Shown here: positions 61,539-64,000 of the stretch, one piece after another | Numbering within the stretch: the stretch's first letter is position 1 | Layout of the letters: every line of letters begins with the position of its first letter | Source: an uncultured Candidatus Saccharibacteria bacterium | GTDB lineage: Bacteria > Patescibacteriota > Minisyncoccia > Phycocordibacterales > UBA6065 | Direction: 5' to 3' | NCBI GenBank assembly: GCA_964495425.1 | Contig: CAZBVG010000002.1 | Location: 78,570-142,569, forward strand | DNA length: 64,000 nucleotides | The notes under the pieces: generated by a model | Seen by the model: only the letters and a program-made list of their open reading frames with translations | Database searches by the model: none | What the model was told of the DNA's origin: nothing | Position numbers and translations under genes: made by a program

Positions 61539-62351
61539 TTAGTTACTTGAAATACTAAAATCTGGCCCTGTAAGAGGCGTACCGCCCAGTGCATATTCGA
61601 CAGAGGCATTTGTAGAGGTATGCCCTCGTATACCTTCAACCACAATACGAACTTGGCCCTTACGTGGAGTTTGGCCATTTATAACGAAAGAAATCGGACT
61701 TGAGACTACATGACTTGAGAGCTTTGTTACGTGAGTTTCATTGATAACTGATGAATCTCCGTAGTTTTTTTGTCCAGATAGTACAGAAATCGTGAGATCT
61801 CCCGATCGGTATGAATCTGAAACCACTTTCCACGTAATTGAATCAACGTACCATGTGCCAATCGCCTGCACCTTACCGGATTGCGCCTCAATTGTAAGAA
61901 GAGTTGTACCATTTCTTACATCTCGTGGAGAAACAAACCCAGCTGGAGTAAAACCGTCATTTAATACAAACGTCGGTATTTCAACTTGCACTGCGGTTGT
62001 GCTACTTCCATTAACCTCAGACTTTGTTGATGTGGCCTTTGTAGTGGTTGAAGTGGGTTTTGTTGAAGTTGCCTTCGGTGGATTCGAAACTGGCTTTGTT
62101 GAAGTAGGTTTTCCTACTGGCACGCCAACAGGTGGAAGCGGATTGCTCTTTACTGGTGTCGTTGTTGGTGTCACAACAACAGGTGTAGGTTTATTGGTAG
62201 TCGTAGATGTTGGCGGGACAACAACTGCTGGAACCGCCTTATCTTTTTTAAACCAAGAAAACGGATTCCACCACGAAGCTTCAACGCTGTGAGGTGAAAC
62301 AAGAACCAGTACGACAGCCGCCAACACAAGTCCTTTTAATATATTTTTCAT
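61539..62351 (-). CDS. Secreted protein with SWWNPFSW motif and Pro/Thr-rich linker
   Basis: Signal peptide ending VEA; low-complexity P/T/S/K stretch. Confidence 0.85.
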   Translation of the reverse strand: MKNILKGLVLAAVVLVLVSPHSVEASWWNPFSWFKKDKAVPAVVVPPTSTTTNKPTPVVVTPTTTPVKSNPLPPVGVPVGKPTSTKPVSNPPKATSTKPTSTTTKATSTKSEVNGSSTTAVQVEIPTFVLNDGFTPAGFVSPRDVRNGTTLLTIEAQSGKVQAIGTWYVDSITWKVVSDSYRSGDLTISVLSGQKNYGDSSVINETHVTKLSSHVVSSPISFVINGQTPRKGQVRIVVEGIRGHTSTNASVEYALGGTPLTGPDFSISSN

Positions 62352-62386
62352 ACGTTTGATCTTTATTATTAGTAAGTATACTCCCC

Positions 62387-63520
62387 TTATTCATTTTCAA
62401 CATCCTTCTCTACCTTGCGTATTTCTTTAACAATCATCTTCTCAGCTTCCGTAAGACTTTCCTTAATATCACTAACAATTTTTGGACCCGCTACACCTTG
62501 AAGGTCTTTATCAACCTCAGATCGGGGATTTTTAAGAATCGTGTCCACCGCGTCCTCCACTTTTTCAAGGTCACCTTTAACCTTCTTTTTAAAATGCATA
62601 ATTTTTCTCCTATCCCACACAATGAGAGAAATGAGAAGGACAAAGAGAATGCCCGCGAGTATCGCCATCGATTTTGCAAATGAGAGTGTGGTTTTTTCCT
62701 TTACGATAAATGTTTTTTGTTCGGATTTTTCACTCTTTAACCCTGCTGAGTTCTTTGCATAAGCAGATATTGAGTAGGTACCGAGTGGCAAACTGCTTTC
62801 GTAGCGCGCCACAAATTGACCACTATCATTTGAAACTGCGGTAAATTCAATATCAGCAGAAGAAGCCGAGGTAATAACTACAACAACATCGACATTTGGT
62901 GATGTTTTACCCTTTACAGTGAATGTACCATCTGGAAGCACCTCCTTATCGTATGACGTGATCTCAGGTGCAAGTGGCTTTTCAGGTACCTGTGGAGTTA
63001 CGGGCTTAGGCTTGACCGGTTCTTCTGACTTTACAGGTGCAGGTTCTACAGTATAGGTAGCACCCTGCAAATTTTTCATGATATTTGTACCATTTCCATC
63101 ATTTGCAAGTATCGCTCCCGCTGAAATCTTTACCTGTGCGGTACCTATTTTTACTGGACGGAAATTAATTGTCAGCAAATTCCCACGTGAGCCAGTATAT
63201 CCGGGATTTGGAAGTACTCCTTCGAATTTAATAATACCTGTTTGATTAGAAAAGCTTGGTTCTTCAACCCACAGAGCAACAATTGATCCAGATTTAGAGA
63301 TAGAATCTACCTGTAGTTCGCTTGTGGAGAATTGTACTGTCGTAGAAAAGGCATTGACCGCCTGAGTAGGAGTAGATACGTTCACAGTGACCGGAATTAT
63401 TCTTCCGACTGAATACGTGCCATTTGCTGGTGAAAGAAACAGAGTATCTGCAAATGCTAAAAATGGCAGACCTAGGAGGACCGTCGTGATAATCGCCGAA
63501 CGAAATATAATAACGCGCAT
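62387..63520 (-). CDS. Surface protein: cohesin-like and Ig-like domains with C-terminal TM
   Basis: Signal peptide, LSP..G...VG, WVEEP, ANDGNGT, TM near aa 285-303. Confidence 0.78.
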   Translation of the reverse strand: MRVIIFRSAIITTVLLGLPFLAFADTLFLSPANGTYSVGRIIPVTVNVSTPTQAVNAFSTTVQFSTSELQVDSISKSGSIVALWVEEPSFSNQTGIIKFEGVLPNPGYTGSRGNLLTINFRPVKIGTAQVKISAGAILANDGNGTNIMKNLQGATYTVEPAPVKSEEPVKPKPVTPQVPEKPLAPEITSYDKEVLPDGTFTVKGKTSPNVDVVVVITSASSADIEFTAVSNDSGQFVARYESSLPLGTYSISAYAKNSAGLKSEKSEQKTFIVKEKTTLSFAKSMAILAGILFVLLISLIVWDRRKIMHFKKKVKGDLEKVEDAVDTILKNPRSEVDKDLQGVAGPKIVSDIKESLTEAEKMIVKEIRKVEKDVENE

Positions 63521-64000
63521 AGTGCTGTTACACTAAGTATAACTTCTAAAAGAGTGACTGCATAGCGGTATGGACCCCCTACTTTTTCCACACGCATATT
63601 GCCTACATTATCAGTGGCTCTAATATACAAAACCTTAAACAAGTCACTGCCGGTTAGCGCTACCGGACTTGTAACAGATTTCCATGAACCATTCGACGGA
63701 GTACCGAACCACGTGACCGCTGATTCATAACCCTTTACCCCGGTACCTTTGTCTTGAGTTGCAAACGAAGCAAAATAGTTACCATCAAGAAATTCTTTGT
63801 CCTTGTCTATAGTTATAATAAAGTTTTCAGGCGCTGTAACATCATCAAATTCAGTAGGCATAGCTCCCGTTCCTGTGCGCATAGAGAAATAAGTCTTGAG
63901 TGAAGTATGACCAACAAGAGTTGCATCGAGGTCATTACGACGCACCTCACCGTCTGTTACTTCAAGGGTGACTTGTTTTGCGGAGCTAGATTTAAGTGTG
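63472..64000 (-). CDS. C-terminal part of a membrane-anchored surface protein, 5' end outside window
   Basis: Frame open to window edge; D..APE.F, ATQDKGTG, RATD..GN, terminal TM. Confidence 0.75.
   Translation of the reverse strand, partial: TLKSSSAKQVTLEVTDGEVRRNDLDATLVGHTSLKTYFSMRTGTGAMPTEFDDVTAPENFIITIDKDKEFLDGNYFASFATQDKGTGVKGYESAVTWFGTPSNGSWKSVTSPVALTGSDLFKVLYIRATDNVGNMRVEKVGGPYRYAVTLLEVILSVTALCALLYFVRRLSRRSS

Noticed and set aside
61792-62292. Antisense and alternate-frame ORFs inside core genes, such as this 166-aa one
   Set aside because: Shadows of codon bias or low-complexity sequence in well-supported genes

Overview
64 kb of a low-GC, reduced bacterial chromosome, almost entirely minus-strand. 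Gene content and style suggest Patescibacteria/CPR, probably Parcubacteria (inference). Core blocks are rpoB-rpoC-dnaG-rpoD, uvrB/uvrA/uvrC, ddl, tRNA-Ala(TGC), ychF, leuS, mltG, mnmA, alaS, infA-rpmJ-rpsM-rpsK-rpsD-rpoA-rplQ-rplM-rpsI and grpE-orf-dnaK-dnaJ. Self-contained orphan cassettes (promoter, small ORF or RNA, terminator) sit between the core genes. The main signals are: (1) two apparently homologous leader-peptide attenuators 45 kb apart, with W-x-x-V...C-V-F peptides, alternative hairpins and a shared downstream motif; (2) two independently transcribed, highly structured candidate ncRNAs of no family I recognise, one lying between two copies of the ychF 3' end; (3) an alpha/beta hydrolase inserted in-frame in LeuRS; (4) a LexA-boxed Pol V-like operon whose UmuD looks genetically pre-cleaved; (5) an ORF ending in RAPS directly before dnaK; (6) pervasive leaderless promoter architecture. 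All RNA folds were done by eye and no database searches were run.
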